Below are positions 19,903 to 29,783 of a DNA stretch of 64,000 nt, one piece after another. Each line of letters begins with the position of its first letter. Position 1 is the stretch's first letter. The translations under genes were made by a program, and so were the position numbers. The DNA comes from a virus. Its lineage: Duplodnaviria; Heunggongvirae; Uroviricota; Caudoviricetes. The notes under the pieces were generated by a model. That model saw nothing but the letters and a program-made list of their open reading frames with translations. It was not told the DNA's origin and made no database searches. Location of the stretch: positions 112,062 through 176,061 of IMG/VR virus record IMGVR_UViG_3300001199_000002; one strand, given 5' to 3'.

Positions 19903-22170
19903 TTAGAGTAGGGTTGGAAAGGGTTGATGTGCTAGGATGCAGTGGAATCCACTATAACTTGCGTTAGTCGATGCGGTTCCAAGTTGTATTGATACACGAA
20001 GATTTACAGGAGTGCTGAAGTCTACAGTACCGCTTGTGGCAACACTTGACCAACTACCACCGACGTTAGCTGTACCAAAATCTCCGTTTCCAGTTATTGA
20101 TCCGGCTGTTCTAGTTGCAAGTTCTACAGATCCACGTACGCGTTGACCAGTTAGAGATCCAAGAGAACAAATATCAGCGTATAGAACAAAATCTGCTGGT
20201 CGTGGACCTTGAGCTACAGAAAGCAGGTCTCCCCAAATGGCAGTACCATTTATGTAGACGCGCGGTGTCAAGTTTACGTTTGCACCAGCCATATTTGTGA
20301 AGCTACCAACACACTCTAGATAAAGTTTTCCACTTGCACTTAATGTATTAGCAGGAATCGTGTAGTTGTAGATGTCTCGTTCTGCGCTACTATTGATGAT
20401 TGCGCCGCTATTGGCAGTGATTACAGCGTGAACGGTTGTGCGCGCATCACGGTTAGTTACAACAGGAGCACTCTTAATTGTTGCTCTAGTTGCAAATGTT
20501 CCACTTGCAGCTTGTAATTCGGCCCATCTATTGGTGCTACTTCCTAGATTGAATGCTAGGTCTCTACCGGGTAGATTATGACCATGAGTCATTAGATAGC
20601 CACCAGATGGATTTGGAATAAGTGATTCAATAAATCCACTTACCGCATAGAACTGAGACCAACGCAGTCCTTGTAGACCTAGTGGAAATGTTGCATCTGG
20701 CGATGGTGCAGCAGCATTACCGAAGAATGTTCCGCCGTTCATTATGGCTAGACCAAAAACACCGAATGAACTAAGAGCAACTAGGTTAGTTGTTGCTGTG
20801 ATATCACCAGCAGTAATCGTAGTTGAGCCAAGTGTTCCTATGGTTCCACTTGCTGCAAAGATGTTCTCCCAACGTAAAGCACTTGTGCCTAGCGAATAGA
20901 GCGCATCTCTTTCTGGAACGATACTTCCAATTGAGGTTACATAAGTTCCAGATGTTTGTGGCGATAGTGTATTGAATACACCACTTGCTGCATGCATCCG
21001 TGAATAACGGAGCGCACTGGTACCAATCGCATAAAGGCGATCTGTCTGAGGAACGATATTGCGAGTTGTTAACGTTCCAGTAATCTGTGCAGTACTTGAA
21101 ACCGTAAGTGTGTCTGCTGCAACGCCACCATTAAGTGTAGCACCAGTAGATGTAGATATGCTCTCAAAGTTTACAGCACCATTAGAGAAGTCAAGAGTTG
21201 CTGCTCCAAGATCCCAAAGTGTTTGTCCAACTTGAGATATTTGGAAGCCATCTACATTTAGTAGAAGTGAGCGATCAAGTGTTAGGTCGCGAATCGTAGC
21301 ACTAGTAGCCGACAGCGAATCGGTTACAATATCAGTACTCGACAAGGTTGCTACTGTACCACTGGTAGCAAATAGATTTGCCCAGCGCTGTCCTGTAGTT
21401 CCTAGTGAGTAGATGTTGTGTCTATTGGGAACGATGCTAGCAGCAGCATCTACACGAGTTCCAGACGCAGGAGCACCAATCGTATTGAAGATACCACTTG
21501 CGGCGTGCATACGAGCCCAGCGACGACTAAGTGCGCCGACTGATCTACGAGCATCTACAATAGGAACAAGATCACCATCTTCAACTACGATGAAAGTTCC
21601 TGAAGTTGGTGGTGCTAGGTGATTAAAGACACCACTACCAGCATACATAGCATCGTAACGTAGTCCAACTGCTCCAATAGATCCAAAGTCGTTTCCAGCA
21701 ATATCATTAGCTGGAACAACTCGTGATGATGTAAGAGTACCTGTTAGTCCACCCTGGAAATCTGCGGTACCATCTACGCTGAGGTCTGCACCACCAATAA
21801 GCTGTAACGTTCCACCGGCTATTCCAACGTCCATTTGGGTAAATAAAAACGTCTTGGTGATTGGGAAATCTCCTTGAACGCTGAAACCCTGATCGTTCCA
21901 CTCCATGGTTGGGAATGGTGATGCACTAGTTGGATCTGGTCCCAGATATCCGCTATTAGCAGCTAGATGTCCTGTATGTGTCGTAAACCATCTAAGGTCT
22001 GGACGACCCAAATCTATAACAAGGTCTCTATCTGGACGGAGCGCTACTCCGCTACCAACAATAATGGAGCGTGTGTTTGTGCTGTCAGCGCGGAGGGTGA
22101 GGTCACCACTTTGTGCCCTCACCTGCCCGCTGGTATCAACGAATACTACGTCCCCATTAAAGTTGGGCAT
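19903..22170 (-). CDS. Tail fibre / receptor-binding protein with internal repeats
   Basis: 755 aa, Gly/Ser/Thr/Ala-rich; at least 6 copies of an R(W/Y)xxxxAASGxFxTLxxxxSGT repeat. Confidence 0.65.
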   Translation of the reverse strand: MPNFNGDVVFVDTSGQVRAQSGDLTLRADSTNTRSIIVGSGVALRPDRDLVIDLGRPDLRWFTTHTGHLAANSGYLGPDPTSASPFPTMEWNDQGFSVQGDFPITKTFLFTQMDVGIAGGTLQLIGGADLSVDGTADFQGGLTGTLTSSRVVPANDIAGNDFGSIGAVGLRYDAMYAGSGVFNHLAPPTSGTFIVVEDGDLVPIVDARRSVGALSRRWARMHAASGIFNTIGAPASGTRVDAAASIVPNRHNIYSLGTTGQRWANLFATSGTVATLSSTDIVTDSLSATSATIRDLTLDRSLLLNVDGFQISQVGQTLWDLGAATLDFSNGAVNFESISTSTGATLNGGVAADTLTVSSTAQITGTLTTRNIVPQTDRLYAIGTSALRYSRMHAASGVFNTLSPQTSGTYVTSIGSIVPERDALYSLGTSALRWENIFAASGTIGTLGSTTITAGDITATTNLVALSSFGVFGLAIMNGGTFFGNAAAPSPDATFPLGLQGLRWSQFYAVSGFIESLIPNPSGGYLMTHGHNLPGRDLAFNLGSSTNRWAELQAASGTFATRATIKSAPVVTNRDARTTVHAVITANSGAIINSSAERDIYNYTIPANTLSASGKLYLECVGSFTNMAGANVNLTPRVYINGTAIWGDLLSVAQGPRPADFVLYADICSLGSLTGQRVRGSVELATRTAGSITGNGDFGTANVGGSWSSVATSGTVDFSTPVNLRVSIQLGTASTNASYSGFHCILAHQPFPTLL

Positions 22171-22171
22171 C

Positions 22172-22690
22172 TTAGCTTACTCTTGCTCTGTATCCTGTAA
22201 CGATGAAGAATCCTGAAGCCGCAGAGTCTAGTTCAACTCGCACAACGTTTGTGCTAATTGGACTGTAGTTTACGATCACTGGCTTCGCAACACCTGGGAA
22301 ACCAGATGGGTCAGCGCTGTACATATCGACCGTTACATCGTATGTTCCAAGTGCGTGAGTTAGATCGTGAACGAATGCTGCTGTGTCAACGCCACGAACA
22401 TAGCCCAATACTCTTGGTGTAGTTGCAGCGATAGCTCCAGACGTTCCGACAACGTTGTCTTTTAGCTCGTTCAAAGCGCCAACTACTGAAGATGCTACGA
22501 AACGTGCATCTAGACCAGCATGGCCAGTCTGGCAGAAGGCTAGTGGATTGGTTAGGAATGTGTCGTCGAAGAAGATCGAACTTACATTTGAAGTGATCTT
22601 TCCGCTACCGACAAAGACGATTGGTGTATTGAAAAGGACCATGGAACCTCTTGTTTGTGGTAAATGTGGGCGCGCGTACTGTTTATACAC
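22172..22690 (-). CDS. Hypothetical structural protein
   Basis: ORF adjacent to tail fibre. Confidence 0.45.
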   Translation of the reverse strand: MYKQYARPHLPQTRGSMVLFNTPIVFVGSGKITSNVSSIFFDDTFLTNPLAFCQTGHAGLDARFVASSVVGALNELKDNVVGTSGAIAATTPRVLGYVRGVDTAAFVHDLTHALGTYDVTVDMYSADPSGFPGVAKPVIVNYSPISTNVVRVELDSAASGFFIVTGYRARVS

Positions 22691-23157
22691 TAACCAACAA
22701 AGACTATACGACCTGATGTTGGAACATCTAAACTTATCACAGCGTGATTGAGTCCAGACGCATAAACGTTTGTCGGAAACATTACTGTTGGTGGACTTTC
22801 AACCGTTGACCACATTGACCATGTAAAATCCGATGTGTTTAGATGGTGAGCGAGAACAAATTCATAGCCAGAAGTTGGCGTGAAGTTCAGCGCTGCCTTG
22901 GAAAGCATTACTCCACTGAGTGTCAGTAGATCGGCTGAGTGTTGTTGTAATACCGCACCAGACGCTGGTGTGAAGATTGCATTTAGCTGAATTACTTGAC
23001 CGCTAGTTGATATCGCGATACTTCGATTTGGTGAATCTAGATCGATAATACCTGACAAACTTTCAAGTGATTGAACTCCCGCAGTGGTCGTAACTATGGC
23101 AGAGCCCGAAACTGGGGCTGCCTGTGTTCCGATAATTCCACCACGCATGATTCCCAT
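22690..23157 (-). CDS. Hypothetical structural protein
   Basis: ORF, Ser/Thr-rich. Confidence 0.45.
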   Translation of the reverse strand: MGIMRGGIIGTQAAPVSGSAIVTTTAGVQSLESLSGIIDLDSPNRSIAISTSGQVIQLNAIFTPASGAVLQQHSADLLTLSGVMLSKAALNFTPTSGYEFVLAHHLNTSDFTWSMWSTVESPPTVMFPTNVYASGLNHAVISLDVPTSGRIVFVG

Positions 23158-23561
23158 TACGATAGTTCCAAAATACGAACATCTACGTTAGATACTGCAA
23201 CGCCATAGATTTCAATCTCTGCGTTCATATCAAATGGAATCGAAGCACCAGGAGGAAGTGGCCATCCGTTATTGACAGTAAGTGATGTATCAAAGCCAAT
23301 GTAAAGAGTAACCGAAGAGCTATTGTTATAGACAGCAATCGCTCGACGATTTCGCATAGCTGATGTTGGCAGCTTGGTAGCAGTACTACCTACTGTCTTC
23401 ATTGATACCAATCCACTAGCGCCTACACTTGAGTCTTCTGGATTGATAATGACCGCATTGGTTCCTCTTAGGTGTCGTTCATGACTTACCGAGTTTTCCG
23501 GTATCACTCTTTTGAGTGGATTTAGACCACTGCCTACTACGACGCTACTTTCATTTGCCAT
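23157..23561 (-). CDS. Hypothetical protein, paralog of 23929..24333
   Basis: 134 aa; shares SVVVGSGLNP...NERHLRGT...INPED...RRAIA(I/V)YN...LYIGF...V(R/D)VRI(L/I)EL blocks with the neighbouring gene. Confidence 0.5.
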   Translation of the reverse strand: MANESSVVVGSGLNPLKRVIPENSVSHERHLRGTNAVIINPEDSSVGASGLVSMKTVGSTATKLPTSAMRNRRAIAVYNNSSSVTLYIGFDTSLTVNNGWPLPPGASIPFDMNAEIEIYGVAVSNVDVRILELS

Positions 23562-23569
23562 AGTGATAC

Positions 23570-23836
23570 CTAGTCAATGTGGAAATGCCAGACTTGATGT
23601 TTGGCAAAGAACGTAATACGATATGAACCAGATTCTAGCCTTGATTCAAGATCGACAATAAGTTGATCGTTCAGTGTTAGCTTCTTAGCATTGACCAAGC
23701 TAACCACCTGCTCTCTAGAGAGCCCCATTACAACAGATAGGGCTCTGCCAGTCACTGGCTTCAGATCATACTTACCATAGTGGTGTTCTGTGATCTTCTT
23801 CTTGCTAGAGAAGATGTTTTTGACCCATTGAAACAT
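23570..23836 (-). CDS. Hypothetical protein
   Basis: ORF between the paralogs. Confidence 0.4.
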   Translation of the reverse strand: MFQWVKNIFSSKKKITEHHYGKYDLKPVTGRALSVVMGLSREQVVSLVNAKKLTLNDQLIVDLESRLESGSYRITFFAKHQVWHFHID

Positions 23837-23928
23837 ATCATATCCTATCCTATCGGACTACTCCAATTATTGAACTGGTCAGAAGACCACCTAGCGATCC
23901 CAAGAGGGATGTGCTTGAGCCTAACATG

Positions 23929-24333
23929 TTAGGCTAGCTCAATGATGCGAACATCTACTGGAGATGCCGAGATACCCCAAACCTTGATTGCTCCATTCAC
24001 TTGGAGTGGAAGGGTTTGTCCCGATGCTAGCGGGAAACCATTGCTGGCGCTGACGTTGGAGTTGAATCCAATGTATAGCGGCGCGGCTGACGCATTATAG
24101 ATTGCAATCGCGCGTCGATAGGGAAGTGGCGTAAGTGGCAGCAGCGTTGGTACGTTGCTAGTAGTTGTTCGTTGGCTACCAGAACCGACCAGACCAGCAC
24201 TATTGTCTTCTGGATTGATAACGCACACGTCAGTTCCGCGAAGGTGCCGCTCATTAGAGCGCGCGTTAAACGGAGTTGCGTATTTTGCTGGATTGAGACC
24301 CGACCCAATGATTACTGAACTTTCTTGTGCCAT
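23929..24333 (-). CDS. Hypothetical protein, paralog of 23157..23561
   Basis: 134 aa, same length and conserved blocks as its paralog. Confidence 0.5.
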   Translation of the reverse strand: MAQESSVIIGSGLNPAKYATPFNARSNERHLRGTDVCVINPEDNSAGLVGSGSQRTTTSNVPTLLPLTPLPYRRAIAIYNASAAPLYIGFNSNVSASNGFPLASGQTLPLQVNGAIKVWGISASPVDVRIIELA

Positions 24334-24401
24334 GTTTTAACCTCTAGGGTGTGATGGTAGATGATGAGTTCTACCATCTCATACACTAAAGGTCAGAGCG
24401 A

Positions 24402-24641
24402 TCAGATCGTCTTTGGCTTGGGCATGCCAGGATTTCCACGGTGTCCGGCCTCCTGATTCACCTTATCTCCTGCTAGGCTGGCTTCTTGCGTCATGATGGT
24501 GACACCATGCTTCTTGCCAACTTGAGTTTTTGACTGCTCTACTGCGCGCATGATGTCTACATGCAGGGCGCGCTTCTGTTCTTCGGTAACGATCTTTGGA
24601 CGACTGCTGATGAGTTCCCAAACTGTTTGATTTAGATCCAT
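24402..24641 (-). CDS. Hypothetical protein
   Basis: ORF. Confidence 0.35.
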   Translation of the reverse strand: MDLNQTVWELISSRPKIVTEEQKRALHVDIMRAVEQSKTQVGKKHGVTIMTQEASLAGDKVNQEAGHRGNPGMPKPKTI

Positions 24642-24642
24642 G

Positions 24643-25518
24643 TTAGTTCTCTACTTTGGTAATGGTTGATTGCGCTTTTTCTAGAAGTTCTCTTACTGTA
24701 TGACCTTTGAGTACAACGGCTAGATTTGTCACAGGATGTCCCATGTGTGTATGCACTAGTCCATTGTAGATACCTATGACTTTTCCCTGTCTATTGAAGA
24801 CTGGACCGCCAGATGCTCCATAGAAGATACCATGGTAAACTCTAAAGAAAGCATCTTGATTGATATCCCAAGGATACTGATATGCGAACATACCAATGAA
24901 TGGTTGTGTTCCATTTGTAGATGCGATTATGCCCTCTCTTAGAAAGAGACCATCCGCATTATCTGATCCTAGACCATAGATGTGGTCGTATGGTTGGATT
25001 GATTCGAATTCCTCTTTTGTTGCTAGTTGTGCGCATGGTAGTTTCACAGCTAGTTCCATAGAGAAAATTCCCCAATCTGAACCAGGAACCATCCAATCAA
25101 AATCGATCAATGATGTATTCAGCATTGTGAGTGGAGCATGAAAACCGTCTTGATAAACGATAGTCATCTTTTTGATCTTCTCTGCTTCTTCTGGTTTCTT
25201 TGTAAGAGCATCACGAAGATCCTCAAGTACATGATACGCTGTTAGAACTCTGTATCGCCAGTTGCCATTCTCTGTCTTGGTGCGCCCAATGAGAATACCA
25301 GTTCCAACGCTGCCAACGCTATTTAGTCTAATCGTTACACCAGACTTGATTGCCTCGGTAAGTGGATCTCCTGCAACTAGGTTAGAAACGTGTGGTAAAG
25401 GAACAGGAACATTGCTGGTTGCCGCTATGTGTATTCCTGCAATTGCAGAGAATAATAGGGCAAACAACAAAACGAAAGGGCGGGCAGTGTTCATACAGAC
25501 TCCTCTACTTAATTGCAA
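24643..25518 (-). CDS. Secreted trypsin-like serine protease (S1 family)
   Basis: N-terminal signal peptide; His block (TAYHVLED); GASGGPVF Ser motif. Confidence 0.7.
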   Translation of the reverse strand: MQLSRGVCMNTARPFVLLFALLFSAIAGIHIAATSNVPVPLPHVSNLVAGDPLTEAIKSGVTIRLNSVGSVGTGILIGRTKTENGNWRYRVLTAYHVLEDLRDALTKKPEEAEKIKKMTIVYQDGFHAPLTMLNTSLIDFDWMVPGSDWGIFSMELAVKLPCAQLATKEEFESIQPYDHIYGLGSDNADGLFLREGIIASTNGTQPFIGMFAYQYPWDINQDAFFRVYHGIFYGASGGPVFNRQGKVIGIYNGLVHTHMGHPVTNLAVVLKGHTVRELLEKAQSTITKVEN

Positions 25519-25783
25519 TGGCAGCGGCTTTAGCTGCTAGTAGAATGGCACCAATTAAGCGTGCGCACGATTCTTTTGTCGCCGTAGCCCTTTTGATGTC
25601 TGCGATGGTTTCTCTAATCTTCTTCTCATCTGGTAGTGAAAACACTGGAGTATCTCTATCGAAGACACTGCCAATGTTGGATTGACCTGCAATTGCATCA
25701 GCCTTAGCTTGATCTGCAACGTTTGTTAGAAACGCGGTGAGCATCTCACGGATTTTATTCTCGTCCACGACTTGCCTCCACAA
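25505..25783 (-). CDS. Hypothetical protein
   Basis: ORF. Confidence 0.3.
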   Translation of the reverse strand: MWRQVVDENKIREMLTAFLTNVADQAKADAIAGQSNIGSVFDRDTPVFSLPDEKKIRETIADIKRATATKESCARLIGAILLAAKAAAIAIK

Positions 25784-26246
25784 TCTTTACGATCCAAAAA
25801 TCTACATTATCAACGGTAATTGGTGTTGCTGACATGTAGCTGTATACAGCTTCAATAAGCTGCTTGGTCGCAATAATGTTCTGACCAATTGGGCCAGTCA
25901 TATCTTTGCGGCGCTTCTCTATCTTCGCAAAGGTGGAGCGCAATTCTTCATCTCTTTTGCCCTCTAGCTCTGCTATTTGCTTAATCTTGTCCTCGTCGGA
26001 CATTTGCGCAAGTCTAACAGCCTGGATCTTTTCTTCGTAAACAAATGTTACGTGATACAGAACTGCCGCCTTACAATCTTCTTCGTAGGTGTTCAGGATC
26101 GTTTCTACGTTCTGCTGAATCACCAGCATTCCCTGATATGCTCCACGCTGTCCATCAATAACCTTAGATGGAGTACTGCTAAATAGCGAACAAGAGGCTA
26201 GGAGTGAAATACAAAAGCCGTATAGGAAGCTTTTTAGTATTCCCAT
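25755..26246 (-). CDS. Putative lipoprotein
   Basis: LLASCSLF lipobox-like signal. Confidence 0.4.
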   Translation of the reverse strand: MGILKSFLYGFCISLLASCSLFSSTPSKVIDGQRGAYQGMLVIQQNVETILNTYEEDCKAAVLYHVTFVYEEKIQAVRLAQMSDEDKIKQIAELEGKRDEELRSTFAKIEKRRKDMTGPIGQNIIATKQLIEAVYSYMSATPITVDNVDFWIVKIVEASRGRE

Positions 26247-26563
26247 GTTTCTCTTAGCCTTCTCTTAACATCGCGCATCTTGTTAACGATGGCATGTTCG
26301 AGTTCTGAAATAGCAGCCTCTACGAACTGCTTCTCATGATGTGGAATGTCATCATTAAGCATAGCCTGGAACATCTCTAGATGTCTTACCATTTGCTTTA
26401 GAAGCTCAACGTCTCGTATGGGATAGGGGCTCATTGAGCTTACGCTTGATAGTAGTTGGTGAACATTTCTCGACTCTGATTCGCTTAAACCTTGGTAGGT
26501 CATAGCTAATATAGTAGAGACGTGAGTCGCTTGCGAACTTGCTGTCTGTTTTGACTTCGCCAT
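26234..26563 (-). CDS. Hypothetical protein (overlaps the next ORF)
   Basis: ORF; start may be internal. Confidence 0.3.
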   Translation of the reverse strand: MAKSKQTASSQATHVSTILAMTYQGLSESESRNVHQLLSSVSSMSPYPIRDVELLKQMVRHLEMFQAMLNDDIPHHEKQFVEAAISELEHAIVNKMRDVKRRLRETWEY

Positions 26564-26792
26564 TCAACTCCTCAACCAATCTGCTATCAGTGTATAGCAA
26601 TAACTCCTCTCCAGCAGGAGGATCACCAAGCTCGCGTAATTGTTCCATGAGGTTGTTGAATACATACCACCTGAAACAATAAAGCGCCGTGGCATCATAT
26701 TCGATACCAACCGGCGCGTCGTATGTTCTGATTACTTCTCCGAGTGGGCCTTCTAATCTAAATCCCTGCTCATTGAAGTATCCTAAGATCAT
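26406..26792 (-). CDS. Hypothetical protein
   Basis: ORF. Confidence 0.35.
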   Translation of the reverse strand: MILGYFNEQGFRLEGPLGEVIRTYDAPVGIEYDATALYCFRWYVFNNLMEQLRELGDPPAGEELLLYTDSRLVEELNGEVKTDSKFASDSRLYYISYDLPRFKRIRVEKCSPTTIKRKLNEPLSHTRR

Positions 26793-26793
26793 C

Positions 26794-27252
26794 TTACTTC
26801 ATGCCCACTTCGATACCAGTTAGCACAGCTAGCAATACAGCCTTAGTGCGCTCTGATCCAATTCCTTCTACACCAAGCTGTACACCACCAAGGGCAGAGT
26901 TGGCTAGTCGAACGCAAGCACGGATAAGCGCAATGTCGTCCTCTTCTAGTCCTGCCTTTGCTAGTTGTTCTGCAAACTGGACCATCAGCGCATCTACCGA
27001 ATTAGGTAGCGAAATAGTTCCACCCTCAATAACCTGCTTGGTCTGAGTTGAAACTAGCACGAGCGCGTCGCGTATCTCTTGCTTGAGTTCCTTCTTGAGA
27101 AGGATCGCACCAATCGTTACGGCGCTTTCGGTGTCTTGGACTACTTGATTGAACTGCTGTTCAGTCATTTCGCCCATGTTTTGTCCACCAACTACGCAAC
27201 ATGGCAGAACCAGCATAAGTGCAGCCATCATACCTGTAAAAGTCTTCTTCAT
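26794..27252 (-). CDS. Secreted hypothetical protein
   Basis: Signal peptide MKKTFTGMMAALMLVLPCCV. Confidence 0.45.
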   Translation of the reverse strand: MKKTFTGMMAALMLVLPCCVVGGQNMGEMTEQQFNQVVQDTESAVTIGAILLKKELKQEIRDALVLVSTQTKQVIEGGTISLPNSVDALMVQFAEQLAKAGLEEDDIALIRACVRLANSALGGVQLGVEGIGSERTKAVLLAVLTGIEVGMK

Positions 27253-27254
27253 TG

Positions 27255-27767
27255 CTATTCTCCTCTTACTCTTGCCCGATCGGGAAGAGGTCTTTGTGTG
27301 TCTTCAAATCTGTCTTCCCACTGGCTCTTCAGCTTTTCCTGAGCAGCAGACCGTGCCTTTCCAGGAGTTAGCGCCCTAAGGGTGCCCTCTTGAAACCGAA
27401 CAGAGTCAGCGATCACGGAGTCAGCCTGGGCAGTGGTTGGTACAGGCAAACGCTCACGAGTAGAGGCGGGGATGGCAATAGGCGGAACGGAACCAGCCTG
27501 GGGCGCTGGTGTTGGCTCTAGAACGTCACCTGGGGTGGCTGGTGCCTCTTGGTTAGCCTCAACGCTAACTACGGGTGCCGCAACAGGGGTTACGATTCGA
27601 ACCGGCGTAGGGGCTTGTAGAACCTCGTCGCCTTCTAATCGTGCCTTAATCTGTGCTAGGGCTTCGTCAGAAATCTCATACTCATTACCACCTAGGATAA
27701 GCGTATGAGTCTGAGCGTCCTTCGCCAGTCTCTTCTTCGTCCAGTCACAAAGTCTGATCGTAGCCAT
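27255..27767 (-). CDS. Pro/Ala-rich hypothetical protein
   Basis: ORF with low-complexity PAPxxG segments. Confidence 0.45.
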   Translation of the reverse strand: MATIRLCDWTKKRLAKDAQTHTLILGGNEYEISDEALAQIKARLEGDEVLQAPTPVRIVTPVAAPVVSVEANQEAPATPGDVLEPTPAPQAGSVPPIAIPASTRERLPVPTTAQADSVIADSVRFQEGTLRALTPGKARSAAQEKLKSQWEDRFEDTQRPLPDRARVRGE

Positions 27768-27791
27768 ACTTCCTCCAACTCCTATGATACA

Positions 27792-28520
27792 CTAAAAGGG
27801 ATTGTCCTCTAGCTCACCGAATCGCTCCATAATATCAACTAGGGCAGGATTGCGTTGAACGTCACGATAGTCATTAAGTTCTACGATACCTACACTCTTG
27901 AGTAGCGTAGGTGTTCTTAGTTTGTCAATAGCATGCTTTAGAGCAGAGTCACCATCTTGTAGGTCTGACTGTCTCAGGTCTCCGTTAAAGACCATCCGAG
28001 AGTGAATACCAAGACGACTCATAACCATATAGACGCCATTGGCCGATTGGCGAATGTTCTGAGCCTCTTCGACGATGACGAATGCGTGGTTAAGACTTCT
28101 GCCACGTAGCAACGTAAGTGGAATGAACTCAATGAAGCCGCCAGTGACTAGCTTTTCAATTGAAGTCTTGTCAAGAAACATTCCCATATTGTCGATGACG
28201 CTTGAACCATATGGAACCATCTTCTCTAGAATGGTTCCTGGAAGTGCGCCAATTGACTCGCCAAACTTGTTACCAATGACTGGGCGAACAATAACGATCT
28301 TCTCGATCTTGTCTTTTGGATCTAGCAAAGCCTGAACAGCAGCATATGCTGCAAGTAGAGTCTTGCCAGTTCCAGCCAAGCCTACCCCAAACGTGAATGT
28401 CTTTCTGTAGATGCTTTCGAGATAGTTCTCCTGATTGGTAGAACGTGGCTCGATCATTCTACTGATGGCAATACCATCGAGAGGATTGGATCTTGGGGTC
28501 TTTGGTTGTTGATGATTCAT
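27792..28520 (-). CDS. phoH: PhoH-like P-loop ATPase
   Basis: GLAGTGKTLLA Walker A; PhoH family length. Confidence 0.9.
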   Translation of the reverse strand: MNHQQPKTPRSNPLDGIAISRMIEPRSTNQENYLESIYRKTFTFGVGLAGTGKTLLAAYAAVQALLDPKDKIEKIVIVRPVIGNKFGESIGALPGTILEKMVPYGSSVIDNMGMFLDKTSIEKLVTGGFIEFIPLTLLRGRSLNHAFVIVEEAQNIRQSANGVYMVMSRLGIHSRMVFNGDLRQSDLQDGDSALKHAIDKLRTPTLLKSVGIVELNDYRDVQRNPALVDIMERFGELEDNPF

Positions 28521-29041
28521 CAGAGTGAACTCCAGCCGTTTAGCTTGTCCTTATCGATCATGAGATTACCTTCTAGATGGTCAGTTTCGTGTTGAAAGAT
28601 ACGCGCTTCCATACCAGTCAATTGTGTACTAATACGTTCACCGATCTCATTGTCGTATTGAACAGAGATTGATTTTGAACGTGAAACAATAGCACCGACT
28701 CCTGGCATAAGCGGAATTGAAAAGCATCCTTCTGGGGACGCTGCGTATTCATCGGAACGCTCTACAATCTTTGGATTGATGACAGCAATGATTTCGTTTG
28801 TCTTTCTGCGCATGACGAAGATACGCTTCGCTATACCTAGCTGAATAGCCGACATGCCAAGCCCGTTGTGTTCTGTTACGAACGACTTGAGGTCGTCGAT
28901 TAGTTCGCCAGTAACTCTATCAAGGCATAGGTTGCCGTCGCCAAGTACGGTAAATGGAACCTCCACGCTTGGTGTGCGCAATAGAGTTAGTCCATCATCT
29001 GTGAGCACTGTTGCAACGGTACGCTTACGTGTTTCTGTCAT
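28520..29041 (-). CDS. def: Peptide deformylase
   Basis: GxGxSAxQ, EGCFS and HETDHLEG motifs. Confidence 0.9.
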   Translation of the reverse strand: MTETRKRTVATVLTDDGLTLLRTPSVEVPFTVLGDGNLCLDRVTGELIDDLKSFVTEHNGLGMSAIQLGIAKRIFVMRRKTNEIIAVINPKIVERSDEYAASPEGCFSIPLMPGVGAIVSRSKSISVQYDNEIGERISTQLTGMEARIFQHETDHLEGNLMIDKDKLNGWSSL

Positions 29042-29042
29042 A

Positions 29043-29783
29043 CTAATTGGTTAGATTAAAGATACCTACGTTAGACACAAAGATGGTGTCTTCCATATGG
29101 GCGGTTAAGCAATCAGCCGATACTACCCATCCATCATCACCATCACTCAGGACATACTTTTTCCTGAGTGCTACGACTGGTTCAACAGCATATGCCCGAC
29201 CGATTTGAAAGATGCTGTCATCGTTTGTTCTTGACGATGGAATCTGAGGAGGCTCGTGGATGTCTCGCCCAATTCCATGACCACAGAATTCTTTGATGAT
29301 GCCAGCATTACAAATCTCTTCTGCGATACGCTGGCAGAACTCTGCATAGACTCGAATCTGTAGGTTTGGCGTAATGATGCTAAGAGAGTTGGTGTGGATG
29401 GTGGTAACTTTTTCGACCATCGACTTCTTGGCATGATCGGCAGAGAACGTAAACGTTCTTGCGCTATCGGCGTGCCAGCCCTTGTGAGAGACAACTAGAT
29501 CAATAGTGATCAGGTCTTCTTTACTTAGGGCGGCGTCTTTTGGAACGCCATGGACAGCTTCCATATTGCGGGCTAAGCAAATGGTGTGTCGATAGGTTCT
29601 ATCAGAAAACGGTGGCTTATATCCCTTGAGAGAGGGCGCACAACCATTATCCTTGATGAACTCTTCTAGACGAGTGTCTAGCTGTGTGCCGGTGACTTCT
29701 TTTTCACAGAGTGTAATACCTAGCTTGATAGCGTCTCGCGCGACCCTACCAGCTATGATCTGTTCGTCACTCGGTCTTTCCAT
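29043..29783 (-). CDS. map: Methionine aminopeptidase type I (M24)
   Basis: HGIGRDIHEPPQIP and other metal-ligand blocks; start placed at internal Met (ORF extends to 29864). Confidence 0.7.
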   Translation of the reverse strand: MERPSDEQIIAGRVARDAIKLGITLCEKEVTGTQLDTRLEEFIKDNGCAPSLKGYKPPFSDRTYRHTICLARNMEAVHGVPKDAALSKEDLITIDLVVSHKGWHADSARTFTFSADHAKKSMVEKVTTIHTNSLSIITPNLQIRVYAEFCQRIAEEICNAGIIKEFCGHGIGRDIHEPPQIPSSRTNDDSIFQIGRAYAVEPVVALRKKYVLSDGDDGWVVSADCLTAHMEDTIFVSNVGIFNLTN

